A DNA stretch of 64,000 nt from positions 24,393-88,392 of the forward strand of contig JAJZYB010000003.1 of the NCBI GenBank assembly GCA_021806135.1, in the 5' to 3' direction. The translations under genes were made by a program, and so were the position numbers. Positions 39,501-47,820 of the stretch are shown here, piece by piece. The stretch is from Thermoplasmata archaeon. Its GTDB lineage: Archaea; Thermoplasmatota; Thermoplasmata; Lutacidiplasmatales; UBA184. Each line of letters begins with the position of its first letter. Within the stretch, counting starts at the first letter, position 1. Under the pieces are notes generated by a model, which was not told the origin of the DNA, made no database searches, and saw only the letters and a program-made list of their open reading frames with translations.

Positions 39501-39643
39501 ACCAGACGCTCAGAGGTGCTCAGGTAGAGTGCCCCGTCCCGGGCGGACCGTTCCCAGACCTCCCGTATCCACCGGCTGCGCGGGCGCCTTTCGAAAGGGG
39601 CCCGAGGCTCCTCCGGGACGGCCAAGGGTCTCTCGCTCCCCAC
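36584..39643 (-). CDS. AddB-like inactive helicase + PD-(D/E)XK nuclease with Fe-S staple cysteines
   Basis: No Walker A; LDG, DEVE, PSPFL; YLECPFRFY, GTILH, GRVDRV, DDFKTG, LQLPLY, CRFADGCPFASGC. Confidence 0.87.
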   Translation of the reverse strand: MGSERPLAVPEEPRAPFERRPRSRWIREVWERSARDGALYLSTSERLVRWAQEEAARLAGGAARTGTILTVKGLQERFPSPRPILPELESRLLQAQVARRLGDGGGGLPSNGYLEELYQGIKELEGRWPGPPPVFPPSIGELVERWKGFQQELDRRGATTSGADLWDLPGRLAKAAFSPALVVLDGWIAQSHAERALRGFLLQRAARSVDLDAGEGGNATEGPGSPPFLISPATLRAIQQDPSEGTRNSLADPVRLTAYRNEQDEVEGLARRLRELLDADPKASVMVALADLPRYADRVLEVFPRYGLRPRLELRPELRSDRSSQVLRVLLAVLEEDFDLPTVLELLQTLDSRGRLTAYFDRPVETVRRVLFATGARSGREDYTRLVENAPARLGRLPRPLREEDFTDVAKGFGELFAALPEPRPQPLLDFLERLGSARIALEGPSWDAAHGGNDPGDVLSRARELGVSPATEPWPVRDLRAFVDLLLSLARAPGRPFRLGVPVSGLRDAAILPVDHLLVGGLRRGAFPSTGPSPLIPAEARRALDLPREINLLTQEREVFLTLLGQARRSLDLSYPRRVAREETLPSPFLTELTFATGLGPSPPPAVRGPAVYSWKDAILLGATAEDGAPPETAGGRKRVTRGGLPEALSRASRGLRAESARRHRPRETPWDGPLGERSVQDRVAGWTARGQVNVHQIQDYLECPFRFYLTHVLALPTEEPLVEDYDRRAVGTILHKVLEEIQRGVVDSHGRLRTIERAEVAGLAAQGARQIEEELRRVRPVTPGLEVVRQRLLGPPGRPGDGVLWQALELLAADAGEYAPAYVELAFGPQPRGAGSAPGSPSLPAWRMGSRSGGDWSLVGRVDRVSWYQGRAGRFLVDDFKTGWSKPPARPGKGELPPLQLPLYAAALSDLLPEDPVAGKVVPGGLRYLWLGRPGRAAALSLTSSRGDPERQVGELVAGARALAGRALSGIEEGRFPLNGMFVSPGGEGCRFADGCPFASGCRFDTERLAGTFRREG

Positions 39644-39712
39644 GGGAAGGGCCTCCCGGGAGTTCAGCCTTCCCGGCCCTCGTAAGGCTTTCCCCGGCAG
39701 AAAGGCCCGGTC

Positions 39713-40429
39713 CTAGGTGTACACGAGCCGGACGGCATCCCTTTCGAGGACCGCCTTCTGCTCGGCGGAGAGGGAGTTGGGGTCCAAAGAGACGAGGAAG
39801 GCGCCTTGGTGCTCCATCGCCTTCTCCCTCCCGAGTTCCAAAAGACGCCGCACGCTGCGGAGGTTACCGGACTCCAGCAGGGTCTCCACCCCCGGGAGGA
39901 TGGCCACCCGGCCCGGCCCCTGCCCGAGGTGCTGCTCCAAGAGGAAGCCCAGCCGGTCGGCATCGGAGGGAGCGATGACGCCCTCCCCCTCCAGACGGCT
40001 GACCCGGTAGAGCGTGGCGTCCGTGAGCCCGTAGGAGGCCTTCACCGCGCCCGGGGTGTCCCGGGTGAACCCCAGCAGGAGTCGGGGGTCCACCTTTTGC
40101 TCGGAGAACGCCTTCCAGACATCGCTCTCCTTTGCGGTCTCGTAGACCGCGAAGATCTGCTGAGGGGACCAGGAAGGAGGCCGGGTCGGGACCACCGGGG
40201 GAGCGCCTGGGGTGGGGGACCGGGAACGGTGGCGGATCCGCCGCTCCAGGAGCATCGCGGGGAGCCCGAAGAGGATCCCCAGGAGCACGGCGAAGAGGAT
40301 CAGGTAGGGTAGCAGCAGGCCGGGGGTGACGAAACCCAGGAGCCATAGGACCAGCGCCAGGACCAGCCCGAGGACCACTCCTGAGGCCGCACTGTTCCGG
40401 CCCAGGGCGAGCGGAGCCTCCCCGGTCAT
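39713..40429 (-). CDS. Membrane-anchored DUF835 (KaiC-like inactive ATPase) protein
   Basis: Two N-terminal TM helices; GFTR, IAPSD, GVETLL, LVSLDP...LER typical of DUF835. Confidence 0.8.
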   Translation of the reverse strand: MTGEAPLALGRNSAASGVVLGLVLALVLWLLGFVTPGLLLPYLILFAVLLGILFGLPAMLLERRIRHRSRSPTPGAPPVVPTRPPSWSPQQIFAVYETAKESDVWKAFSEQKVDPRLLLGFTRDTPGAVKASYGLTDATLYRVSRLEGEGVIAPSDADRLGFLLEQHLGQGPGRVAILPGVETLLESGNLRSVRRLLELGREKAMEHQGAFLVSLDPNSLSAEQKAVLERDAVRLVYT

Positions 40430-41157
40430 CCCGTCCCTCCCGGGGCCGGGGGGGTGGAACTTCGCAAGTATCGTCGCGCCCGGACCAGGTCGGCGGCCAC
40501 GGCGTAGGCCTCATAGATCCCCAAGAGGATGAGCGGGACGGTGAGGATGGTGAGCCCGGAGAAGGGAGGCAGAACCCTCACGTGGAAGGTGGTGTTGCTG
40601 ATGGCGTTCCCTCCGCCGTCGTACACGGTCACGGACCCGTCGAAGGTCCCGGAAAGGATGTAGTCGTAGTTGGTCAGGCTGGCGTTGCTCTTCCAGGCTC
40701 CCGCTGCCCCGGCGGGGCACAGGACCGGTCCAGCACTGCTCGAGAGGATGCCCGTGTCGGTGTAGAGGACCACGTTGAAGAGGGAGAGCCGGAAGATGAC
40801 CTCGCTCACGGAGGTGGGGGCCACGCAGCTCCAGTTGACGAACAGGAACAGGGGGGTGCCGAAGTTCACCGTGGCCACGCTTCCAGGGGTCACCGTGTTG
40901 TTGTTCGCGAGGGGGGTGGAGCCCACGCTCGGGAGGTTCCCCAGGACGATCCCCGTCTGGGAGAACGGCCCGTTCGTCGGCTGGGGTGGGGGGCCCTTCG
41001 CAGGGGCCGCCGAGGAGAGGCCAGGGATCAACGCCACCGTCAAGAGGAGGCAAAGGAGAACCGCGAGGCCCCTCCAGAGGACGGGTTGGAAACCCTGACG
41101 CCCCCTGCCCCTGGGCGTCCGGTGGTCCATCGAAGGTCGACCCGTCTTCCCGCTCAT
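40426..41157 (-). CDS. Secreted, C-terminally membrane-anchored beta-rich protein
   Basis: Signal peptide, N-glycosylation sequons (NNT, NWS, NAS, NTT), C-terminal TM. Overlaps the DUF835 gene start. Confidence 0.75.
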   Translation of the reverse strand: MSGKTGRPSMDHRTPRGRGRQGFQPVLWRGLAVLLCLLLTVALIPGLSSAAPAKGPPPQPTNGPFSQTGIVLGNLPSVGSTPLANNNTVTPGSVATVNFGTPLFLFVNWSCVAPTSVSEVIFRLSLFNVVLYTDTGILSSSAGPVLCPAGAAGAWKSNASLTNYDYILSGTFDGSVTVYDGGGNAISNTTFHVRVLPPFSGLTILTVPLILLGIYEAYAVAADLVRARRYLRSSTPPAPGGTG

Positions 41158-41211
41158 AAACGTATGGGATTGGCGAGGGGGATCCGGTCCGCAGGACCCG
41201 GACGGTCAGTT

Positions 41212-41862
41212 TCAGGGCGATCCGCCCAAAAGGAACAGTTGCGCGTAATGGTGAGGGCCGGGTTCCCAGGAATCCTTCAAGGAGAGCCCCACGGCGGAGA
41301 GGCGTGCCTCGGCCTCCCTCGGGGTGAGACGGATCTCCAGGGGGGGGCCCTGCGGCGTGCCCTCCTTCTTCCAGTCGAGGTTCACGAACCGTCCCTCCGG
41401 TGCGAGCAGGCGCCGGGCCTCGGTGAGCGTGGGGTCCGGGACATCGTGTAGGACGTTCGCGAGCAGCACGAGCGAGGCCACCGCGTCCGGCAGGGGGATC
41501 CGATCGTGCGTGCTCCGGACCGGGACGAGGGTGGGTAGCCTCTGGCTCACTTTCCGTTCCTCCAGCAGTTCGATGAGCTCTGCCGAGATGTCCACGGCAT
41601 AGACCCGGCCGGTCGGGCCGACCCGGCGGGCCGCCGGGATGGCGAAGTACCCGGTCCCCGCACCCACCTCCAGTACGGTGGCCCCGGGGGAGAGGCCCAC
41701 CCGGTCCCAAAAGCGCTCCGGATCGAGGCTTCGCCTGCGTTCCGGGCTCTCCAGCCGGGCGATCGCGTCCTCCCGGGACCATCCGGCATGGCCCGCGTGG
41801 GGATGCCCCTCCTGGGCGGAGCGGTGGCCGCCCGCCTGAGTCGCTGGTAGCTTTCCGGACAA
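41212..41862 (-). CDS. Class I SAM-dependent methyltransferase
   Basis: VLEVGAGTGYF, VYAVDIS, ANVLHD, LDWKK, GPP. Start uncertain. Confidence 0.88.
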   Translation of the reverse strand: MSGKLPATQAGGHRSAQEGHPHAGHAGWSREDAIARLESPERRRSLDPERFWDRVGLSPGATVLEVGAGTGYFAIPAARRVGPTGRVYAVDISAELIELLEERKVSQRLPTLVPVRSTHDRIPLPDAVASLVLLANVLHDVPDPTLTEARRLLAPEGRFVNLDWKKEGTPQGPPLEIRLTPREAEARLSAVGLSLKDSWEPGPHHYAQLFLLGGSP

Positions 41863-41880
41863 TCTGGCCTCCGAGAACCG

Positions 41881-43347
41881 TCAGTAAGAGGGGATGCTGG
41901 GGTCCACGTCGGCCGCCCAGGCGTCGAGGCCCCCCTTGAGGTTCCGGACCTTGACGAACCCCATGGACCGGAGGAACTCGGAGGCCTGGGCGCTCCTTCC
42001 GCCCATTTTGCAGACGAGGACCAGGTCATCGGCGGTGGAAAGCTCTCCCAACCGGTCCGCCAACTGGGCCCGGGGGATCAGTCGGGAGCCGGGAAGGTGA
42101 TACAGGTCGAACTCTCCCGGTTCGCGCACGTCCACCAGCACGACCGGCGCCCGGGCGTCCAGCTGCCCTTTGAGCTCCTGCGCGGTGATCTCCGGCCCCG
42201 AGGGGGGTGCCCCCACTCCGCAGAAGGCCTCGTAGTCGATGAGCTTCGTCTGGGTGGGGGTGGGACTGCAGATGGGGCAATCCGGGCTCTTGCGCACCTT
42301 GAGCTCATGGAAGGAGTTGGTGAGGCCGTCGAAGAGGAGCAGCCGACCGAGGAGGGTCTCCCCCTTCCCCAAGAGGATCTTGAGGGTCTCCAGCGCCTGG
42401 AGGGTGCCGATGATGCCGGGGAGCACCCCCAGAACGCCTCCCTCCGCGCACGAGGGGACGAGCCCGGCCGGGGGCGGTTCGGGGTAGAGGCACCGGTAGC
42501 AGGGCCCCGTCCGTGCGTCGAAGACCGTCACCTGGCCCTCGAACCGGTAGATGGACCCGTAGACCACCGGTTTGCGAAGCAGGACCGAGGCGTCGTTGAC
42601 CAAGTAACGGGTGGGGAAGTTGTCGGTCCCGTCCACCACCACGTCGTAACCGGAGAGGAGCTCGAACGCATTGGCGCTGGTGAGCCGCCCGTCGTGCCGG
42701 ACGATGGCCACCTCCGGGTTGAGGGCCCTCAGGTGGTCCTCCGCCGCCTGGAGCTTCGCCCGGCCAACGTCCGGGGTGGTGTACAGGATCTGGCGTTGGA
42801 GGTTGCTCTCGTCCACGGTGTCGAAGTCCACCAGGCCGAGCTTCCCCACCCCCGCCGCGGCGAGGTAGAGGGCGAGGGGGCTTCCCAGCCCGCCGGCGCC
42901 CACCACGAGGACCTTGGAGTCCAGGAGCTTGCGCTGCCCGGCGGCTCCGACCTCGGGGAGGAGGAGCTGGCGGCTGTAGCGTTTCAACTGCTCCCGGGAG
43001 AGCGCCTTCGGGGCTGAGGGAGCGGTGGGTCGGTCCAACCGGCTCAGGGAAGGGTAGGCCACAGCACCGGGGGAGCCCCCGGCGATGGACGGGACGATCC
43101 GAAGGGTGTCCCCTCCCTTCACGGGGGTCGTCTCCCGGCCCAGGTAGCGGATGTCCTCGTCGTTCACGTAGATGGAAACGAAGCTCCGGACGTGTCCGTC
43201 CTCGGTGAAGAGGTGCCGTCGAAGGCCCTGGAAACGGTCCGCCAGGGCTCGGAGGGCCTCGGCCACCGTGGACCCCTCCACCTCGACCCGGGGGGCTCCC
43301 TCGGTGAAGCTGCGTAGCGCCGTGGGGATCTCGATCTTCACGGTCAT
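41881..43347 (-). CDS. Ubiquitin-like (MoaD/CysO) + E1-like MoeB + rhodanese fusion protein
   Basis: aa 1-91 beta-grasp ending IVPSIAGG; E1: RYSRQ, GAGGLG, SNLQRQ, DGTDNFPTR, CYRC, SCAEGG, CPIC; rhodanese DVREP...VCKMGGRS. Confidence 0.93.
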   Translation of the reverse strand: MTVKIEIPTALRSFTEGAPRVEVEGSTVAEALRALADRFQGLRRHLFTEDGHVRSFVSIYVNDEDIRYLGRETTPVKGGDTLRIVPSIAGGSPGAVAYPSLSRLDRPTAPSAPKALSREQLKRYSRQLLLPEVGAAGQRKLLDSKVLVVGAGGLGSPLALYLAAAGVGKLGLVDFDTVDESNLQRQILYTTPDVGRAKLQAAEDHLRALNPEVAIVRHDGRLTSANAFELLSGYDVVVDGTDNFPTRYLVNDASVLLRKPVVYGSIYRFEGQVTVFDARTGPCYRCLYPEPPPAGLVPSCAEGGVLGVLPGIIGTLQALETLKILLGKGETLLGRLLLFDGLTNSFHELKVRKSPDCPICSPTPTQTKLIDYEAFCGVGAPPSGPEITAQELKGQLDARAPVVLVDVREPGEFDLYHLPGSRLIPRAQLADRLGELSTADDLVLVCKMGGRSAQASEFLRSMGFVKVRNLKGGLDAWAADVDPSIPSY

Positions 43348-43351
43348 GGAC

Positions 43352-43831
43352 TCACCGGGAGTCCCCCAGGGGAAGGAGCGGAAAAAGCCGCCGGGGCTCG
43401 AACGTCCGCGTCTCCGGGTCCAGTTCGAAGGCCCCGAGCTCCCGGGCGTGCCCCCGCTCCACGGCCAGGACGAGGTAGGCGAACCCGGGCCAGGCGTGGT
43501 CCCGGTCGAACTCGCTGGGAACCGCCGGATGGTCGGGGTGGGAATGGTAGTATCCCACGATGGTCTCCCCGGATCCCTCCAACTCCCGCTCCACGGCGAG
43601 GACCTCCGGTGCGGGGATGACGAAACGGTGGGTCCGTTCCTCGGTCTTGGCGTTGGCCGCTTCCCGCACCGTCCGGACGCTCCGGCGCTCCGAGGGACGC
43701 CCGTCCCAGGGGCCCAGGAGGAAGCCGCAGGCCTCCTCCGGGTAGGCCCGCTCCCCGTGCCGGACGATGGCGAGTCGTGGCGTGGAAGGAAGTTCCACCT
43801 CGACGAAGGTCTTCCGGAGGACGCCGCTCAT
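43352..43831 (-). CDS. JAMM/MPN+ metalloprotease (Mec-like, M67)
   Basis: YPEEACG...YHSHPDHPAVPSEFD = E...HxHx7SxxD. Confidence 0.93.
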   Translation of the reverse strand: MSGVLRKTFVEVELPSTPRLAIVRHGERAYPEEACGFLLGPWDGRPSERRSVRTVREAANAKTEERTHRFVIPAPEVLAVERELEGSGETIVGYYHSHPDHPAVPSEFDRDHAWPGFAYLVLAVERGHARELGAFELDPETRTFEPRRLFPLLPLGDSR

Positions 43832-44808
43832 GCCGGGCCCCGTCCGTCCCCCTGGGGGCTCCGGTAGCGGTCTCCCCCGTCCGGGAGGATCGTCACGACC
43901 ACTCCTCGGTCCAGGCGGCGGGCCAGTTCGAGCGCCGCATGGACCGCCGCACCGGAGGAGGTTCCCGCGTACAGGCCCTCTTCCCGGGCGAGACGCCGCG
44001 CCACGGCGATGGCCTCCTCCGTGCTCACCGGGACCTGCTCGTCGATCACCGTGAGGTCCAGGGTGCCGGGGAGCTGGCTCGTGGGCAGGTGCTTCAACCC
44101 TTCGATCCCGTGGAGGGGTGCATCGGGGACCACCCCCAGGATCTGGAGCGAGGGAGAGCGTTCCTTCAGGTAGCGCCCGGCCCCGGAGATGGTCCCCCCG
44201 GTGCCGATGCCCGCCACGAAGTGGGTGATGATCCCGCAGGTGTCCCTCCAGATCTCCGGTCCGGTGGTCTCGTAGTGGGCCCTGGGGTTCGCCGGATTGT
44301 TGTACTGGTCGGGGTAGAAGTAGCGGTCCGGGTCCGCCTCCGCGAGTTCCCGGGCGCGCCGTTGGGCCCCGTCGGTACCCTCCAGCGCGTCGGTGAAGGT
44401 GATGGTGGCCCCGTAGGCCTCCAGGCGCTGGAGGCGTTCGGGCCCGGCGTTCCGGGGGATCACGATCTCCACGGGGAAGTTCCAGATGGCGCCCAGGAAG
44501 GCGTAGGCGATCCCGGTGTTCCCGCTCGACGCATCGAGGAGGGTCTTGCCCGGTGAGAACCGGCCTTCGCGCTGCCCCGACTGCACGATCCCGAGGGCGG
44601 TCCGGTCCTTCACCGAGCCCCCGGGGTTGAAGAACTCGGCCTTCGCCCAGAGCTCCACGCCCCGGGGGAGGTCGCCGCCGATCCGGCAGAGCCGGAAGAG
44701 CGGGGTGTTCCCGATCCGGGACGCCGCGTTCCCGTGGGTCTGCGGGACCGGACCGGCCGGGGGCCAGGTCGCTCTCGGAAGCGTGCCCGGGGCGGGGATG
44801 CCGGTCAT
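43828..44808 (-). CDS. PLP-dependent cysteine synthase (CysM-like)
   Basis: GNTPL, NPGGSVKDR (PLP Lys), ASSGNTG, DQYNN, TTGPEI, GIGTGGT, GTSSGA. Confidence 0.92.
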   Translation of the reverse strand: MTGIPAPGTLPRATWPPAGPVPQTHGNAASRIGNTPLFRLCRIGGDLPRGVELWAKAEFFNPGGSVKDRTALGIVQSGQREGRFSPGKTLLDASSGNTGIAYAFLGAIWNFPVEIVIPRNAGPERLQRLEAYGATITFTDALEGTDGAQRRARELAEADPDRYFYPDQYNNPANPRAHYETTGPEIWRDTCGIITHFVAGIGTGGTISGAGRYLKERSPSLQILGVVPDAPLHGIEGLKHLPTSQLPGTLDLTVIDEQVPVSTEEAIAVARRLAREEGLYAGTSSGAAVHAALELARRLDRGVVVTILPDGGDRYRSPQGDGRGPA

Positions 44809-44848
44809 CTTCGCGGCCCTCCGTGGGTGAGGGGGCCGCTCCGGCCGG

Positions 44849-45511
44849 TCAAACGGCGTTGAGGTGGATCAGGTGCTGACAAGCCACCCCTCCGTGGGAG
44901 ATCGCGGTGCCCATCTCCAGGTCCATCGGTCCGATCAGCCGTTCCAGCAGCCGGCGGTCGAACACCTCGCAGATAAGGTGGGCGTGGGAGACCGCCGTGG
45001 CCCGGAAGATGCAGTTGTGCCGGATGAGCTGCGGCACCCCGTTGCGCTCCACCACCTCGGCCCGCTGGCCGAGCCGGTCCAAGACCACCGCCGTGAGGCG
45101 GAGCCGCTCCCGGAGATCGGTGGTCTGGGAGAGCGCGGGGAGCTCCTCGGTCAGGCGGTCGGCCAACTGGTCGGCCGCCCGCTGGAAGAGCAGGGTGAGG
45201 TACCCCTCCCCGCTCTGCTCCAGCACCGCGTCGATGAGCGAGTTCAGCAGAAGCTCGTAGTGGCGAGGGAAGAGCTCCTCCCCCTCCCGGGTCAGCTGGA
45301 AGCGCTTGCGGGGTCTTCCGATCCCCTCCCGGTGGAAGCTCGGCACCACGATCCCCCGCTTGACCAAGCTCTCCAGGTGGGTCCGGATGGCGCTCTCCTG
45401 GATGCCGAGCCGGGAGGAGAGCTCTCCCGCGGTCCGTGGACCCGAGGTGAGCTCCTCCAGGATCTTCCCCTTGGTCCCTTCGCCCAGGAGGAGTTCCGCT
45501 GCGCCGCCCAT
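44849..45511 (-). CDS. SufR-like HTH regulator with C-terminal Fe-S-binding cysteines
   Basis: N-terminal wHTH (GRPRKRF, FPRHY); C-terminal HNCIF...LIC...GVAC; divergent from sufC. Confidence 0.82.
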   Translation of the reverse strand: MGGAAELLLGEGTKGKILEELTSGPRTAGELSSRLGIQESAIRTHLESLVKRGIVVPSFHREGIGRPRKRFQLTREGEELFPRHYELLLNSLIDAVLEQSGEGYLTLLFQRAADQLADRLTEELPALSQTTDLRERLRLTAVVLDRLGQRAEVVERNGVPQLIRHNCIFRATAVSHAHLICEVFDRRLLERLIGPMDLEMGTAISHGGVACQHLIHLNAV

Positions 45512-45612
45512 GACTCCCCGGAGTACGGGAAAGCCCCGGGCGGCTATTTGTAGACCGCTTGGCGGAGGTCTCCGTTGCCCGGGGCCAGGATCCTCTCGGT
45601 CGGTCTTGCGGG

Positions 45613-45620
45613 CTTATATA
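45613..45620 (+). promoter_or_regulatory. TATA box of sufC operon
   Basis: CTTATATA 33 nt upstream of the sufC ATG. Confidence 0.6.
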
Positions 45621-45652
45621 CGGCGCGCCGGTCTTGAAATCCGGGAGCGCCG

Positions 45653-46429
45653 ATGAGCGAAGAGCACACCCTGGCCGTGAAGGGGCTGCACGCCTCGGTG
45701 GCGGGGAAGGAGATCCTCAAGGGCGTGACGCTCACGTTGAAGAGCGGGGAGCTGGTGGCCATGATGGGCCCCAACGGTTCCGGGAAGAGCACGCTCGCCT
45801 ATGCCCTGGCCGGGCACCCGAAGTACACGATCACCGCCGGGGAGGCGCTGCTGGACGGGAAGAACCTGCTCGCCATGAGCCCGGACCAACGTGCCCGGGC
45901 CGGACTGTTCCTCGGGTTCCAGTACCCCGTCGAGGTCTCCGGGGTCTCCCTGAGCAAGTTCCTGTGGACCGCCTACAGCCAGATGCATGTGGGGGACGAG
46001 GCGGACAGCGACCGGTTCGGGGCTGACCTCACCAAGCACCTCGGGTACCTCGGCCTCGACAACTCGTTCCTGAAACGCCCCCTGAACGAGGGGTTCTCGG
46101 GAGGCGAGAAGAAGCGCACGGAGGTGCTCCAGATGGCCACGCTCGCTCCCCGGTTCGCCATCCTCGACGAGCCGGACAGCGGGCTCGACATCGACGCGAT
46201 CCGGTCGGTGGGGGAGACGGTGGCGAAGCTGCACAACCCCGGGATGGGGACCATGGTGATCACCCATTACCAGCGGATCCTGAAGTTCATCCGGCCCGAT
46301 CGGGTGCACGTCATGGTGGACGGGGTCATCGCGCTGTCGGGGGGTCGGGACCTCGCCGAGGAACTGGAGCGGAAGGGGTACGACTGGGTGAAGGTGGGCC
46401 TCGCGGCCTCCCAGGCCTCCGGCACGTAG
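45653..46429 (+). CDS. sufC: Fe-S assembly ATPase SufC
   Basis: MGPNGSGKST, FQYPVE, NEGFSGGEKKR, LDEPDSGLDID, ITHYQR. Confidence 0.96.
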   Translation: MSEEHTLAVKGLHASVAGKEILKGVTLTLKSGELVAMMGPNGSGKSTLAYALAGHPKYTITAGEALLDGKNLLAMSPDQRARAGLFLGFQYPVEVSGVSLSKFLWTAYSQMHVGDEADSDRFGADLTKHLGYLGLDNSFLKRPLNEGFSGGEKKRTEVLQMATLAPRFAILDEPDSGLDIDAIRSVGETVAKLHNPGMGTMVITHYQRILKFIRPDRVHVMVDGVIALSGGRDLAEELERKGYDWVKVGLAASQASGT

Positions 46430-46437
46430 GCGGGAGC

Positions 46438-47736
46438 ATGGCACACCCGAGCCCGGCCCGGCCCGAGGCTCCTGCGTCCGCGACGGTCTCACCGCCGGGT
46501 GGCCGCGGGGTGGGGGGGTGCCGCCGGGACTTCCCGATCCTCTCGAGGACCTTCGGGGGTCATCCGCTGGTCTACCTCGACTCGGCCGCCACCAGCCAGA
46601 AGCCACAGCGCGTGATCGAAGTCGAAGCGGACTTCTATCGTCGGCTCAATGCCAACGTCCACCGGGGGGTCTACGCCCTCTCGGAAGAGGCCACCGAGGC
46701 CTACGAGGGGGCCCGGGCGAGGGTGGCCCGGTTCCTCCACGCCCGTGACCCGGCGGAGGTGGTCTTCGTCCGGGGGACATCGGAGGCGCTGAACCTCATG
46801 GCCGAGGTGCTCGGCCGGGGACCCCTGAAGGAGGGGGGCCGGATCCTCCTCACGGACATGGAGCACCATTCCAACCTGGTGCCCTGGCAACTCGTCGCGG
46901 CGGACCGGGGCTGGGAGCTCGACTACGTCGGGGTCACCGACGACGGGGAGCTCTCGCCCGAGGACCTCGACGGGAAGTTGACCCGGGGGACCAGCGTCTT
47001 CTCCTTCACCCACGTCTCCAATGTCCTCGGCACCGTGAACCCGGTGCCCGCCCTGGCCGCCCGGGCCCGGGAGGTCGGTGCCCTCACCATCCTGGACGCC
47101 GCCCAGTCCGCTCCGCACCTGCCCCTCGACGTGCAGGCGTTGGGGGTGGACGCCTTGGCCTTCTCCGGGCACAAGATCTTCGGGCCCACCGGCATCGGCG
47201 TCCTCTGGGTCCGCAAGGAGCTTCTGGAGACCCTGCCCCCCTACCAGGGAGGCGGGGAGATGATCATGGAGGTGACCCGCGAACGGAGCACTTACAAGGA
47301 CGCCCCGCTCCGTTTCGAGGCGGGGACCCCCAACACGGCGGGGGCTGTGGTCCTCTCCAGTGCTCTGGACTACGTGGAACATCTGGGGTACGACCGGATG
47401 GCCCATCACGAGCAGGGGCTGCTGAAGGAGGCCTGGGAGGGCCTCTCCGCCCTGGCCGGGGACGATCTCACGATCTACGGACCCCCCTTGTCCCGAGGGC
47501 ACGTGGGGGTGCTCTCCTTCTCGTTGAAGGGGGTCCACCCTCACGATCTCGCGACACTGCTCGATGCGGAGGGGGTGGCTCTCCGGGCGGGCCACCACTG
47601 CGCCCAGCTCCTGATGCGACGCTATGGCGTGTCTGCCCTCTCCCGGGTGAGCTATGGCCCGTACAACGATGCGGAGGACAACCGGGCGTTCCTCCAGGCG
47701 ATGGGCAAGGTCTGCCGTCTCTTTCAACGGCCGTGA
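46438..47736 (+). CDS. sufS: Cysteine desulfurase SufS
   Basis: YLDSAATSQKP, NANVHRG, EHHSN, SGHK, FEAGTP, RAGHHCA. Confidence 0.96.
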   Translation: MAHPSPARPEAPASATVSPPGGRGVGGCRRDFPILSRTFGGHPLVYLDSAATSQKPQRVIEVEADFYRRLNANVHRGVYALSEEATEAYEGARARVARFLHARDPAEVVFVRGTSEALNLMAEVLGRGPLKEGGRILLTDMEHHSNLVPWQLVAADRGWELDYVGVTDDGELSPEDLDGKLTRGTSVFSFTHVSNVLGTVNPVPALAARAREVGALTILDAAQSAPHLPLDVQALGVDALAFSGHKIFGPTGIGVLWVRKELLETLPPYQGGGEMIMEVTRERSTYKDAPLRFEAGTPNTAGAVVLSSALDYVEHLGYDRMAHHEQGLLKEAWEGLSALAGDDLTIYGPPLSRGHVGVLSFSLKGVHPHDLATLLDAEGVALRAGHHCAQLLMRRYGVSALSRVSYGPYNDAEDNRAFLQAMGKVCRLFQRP

Positions 47737-47820
47737 CCGCCCTCCGCGGGGAGGTTGTCGGCGCGCTCTTGTCCAAGCAATTAAATACCTTTCTGTGTTG
47801 AAAAGCCTGAAGGTGTACCG

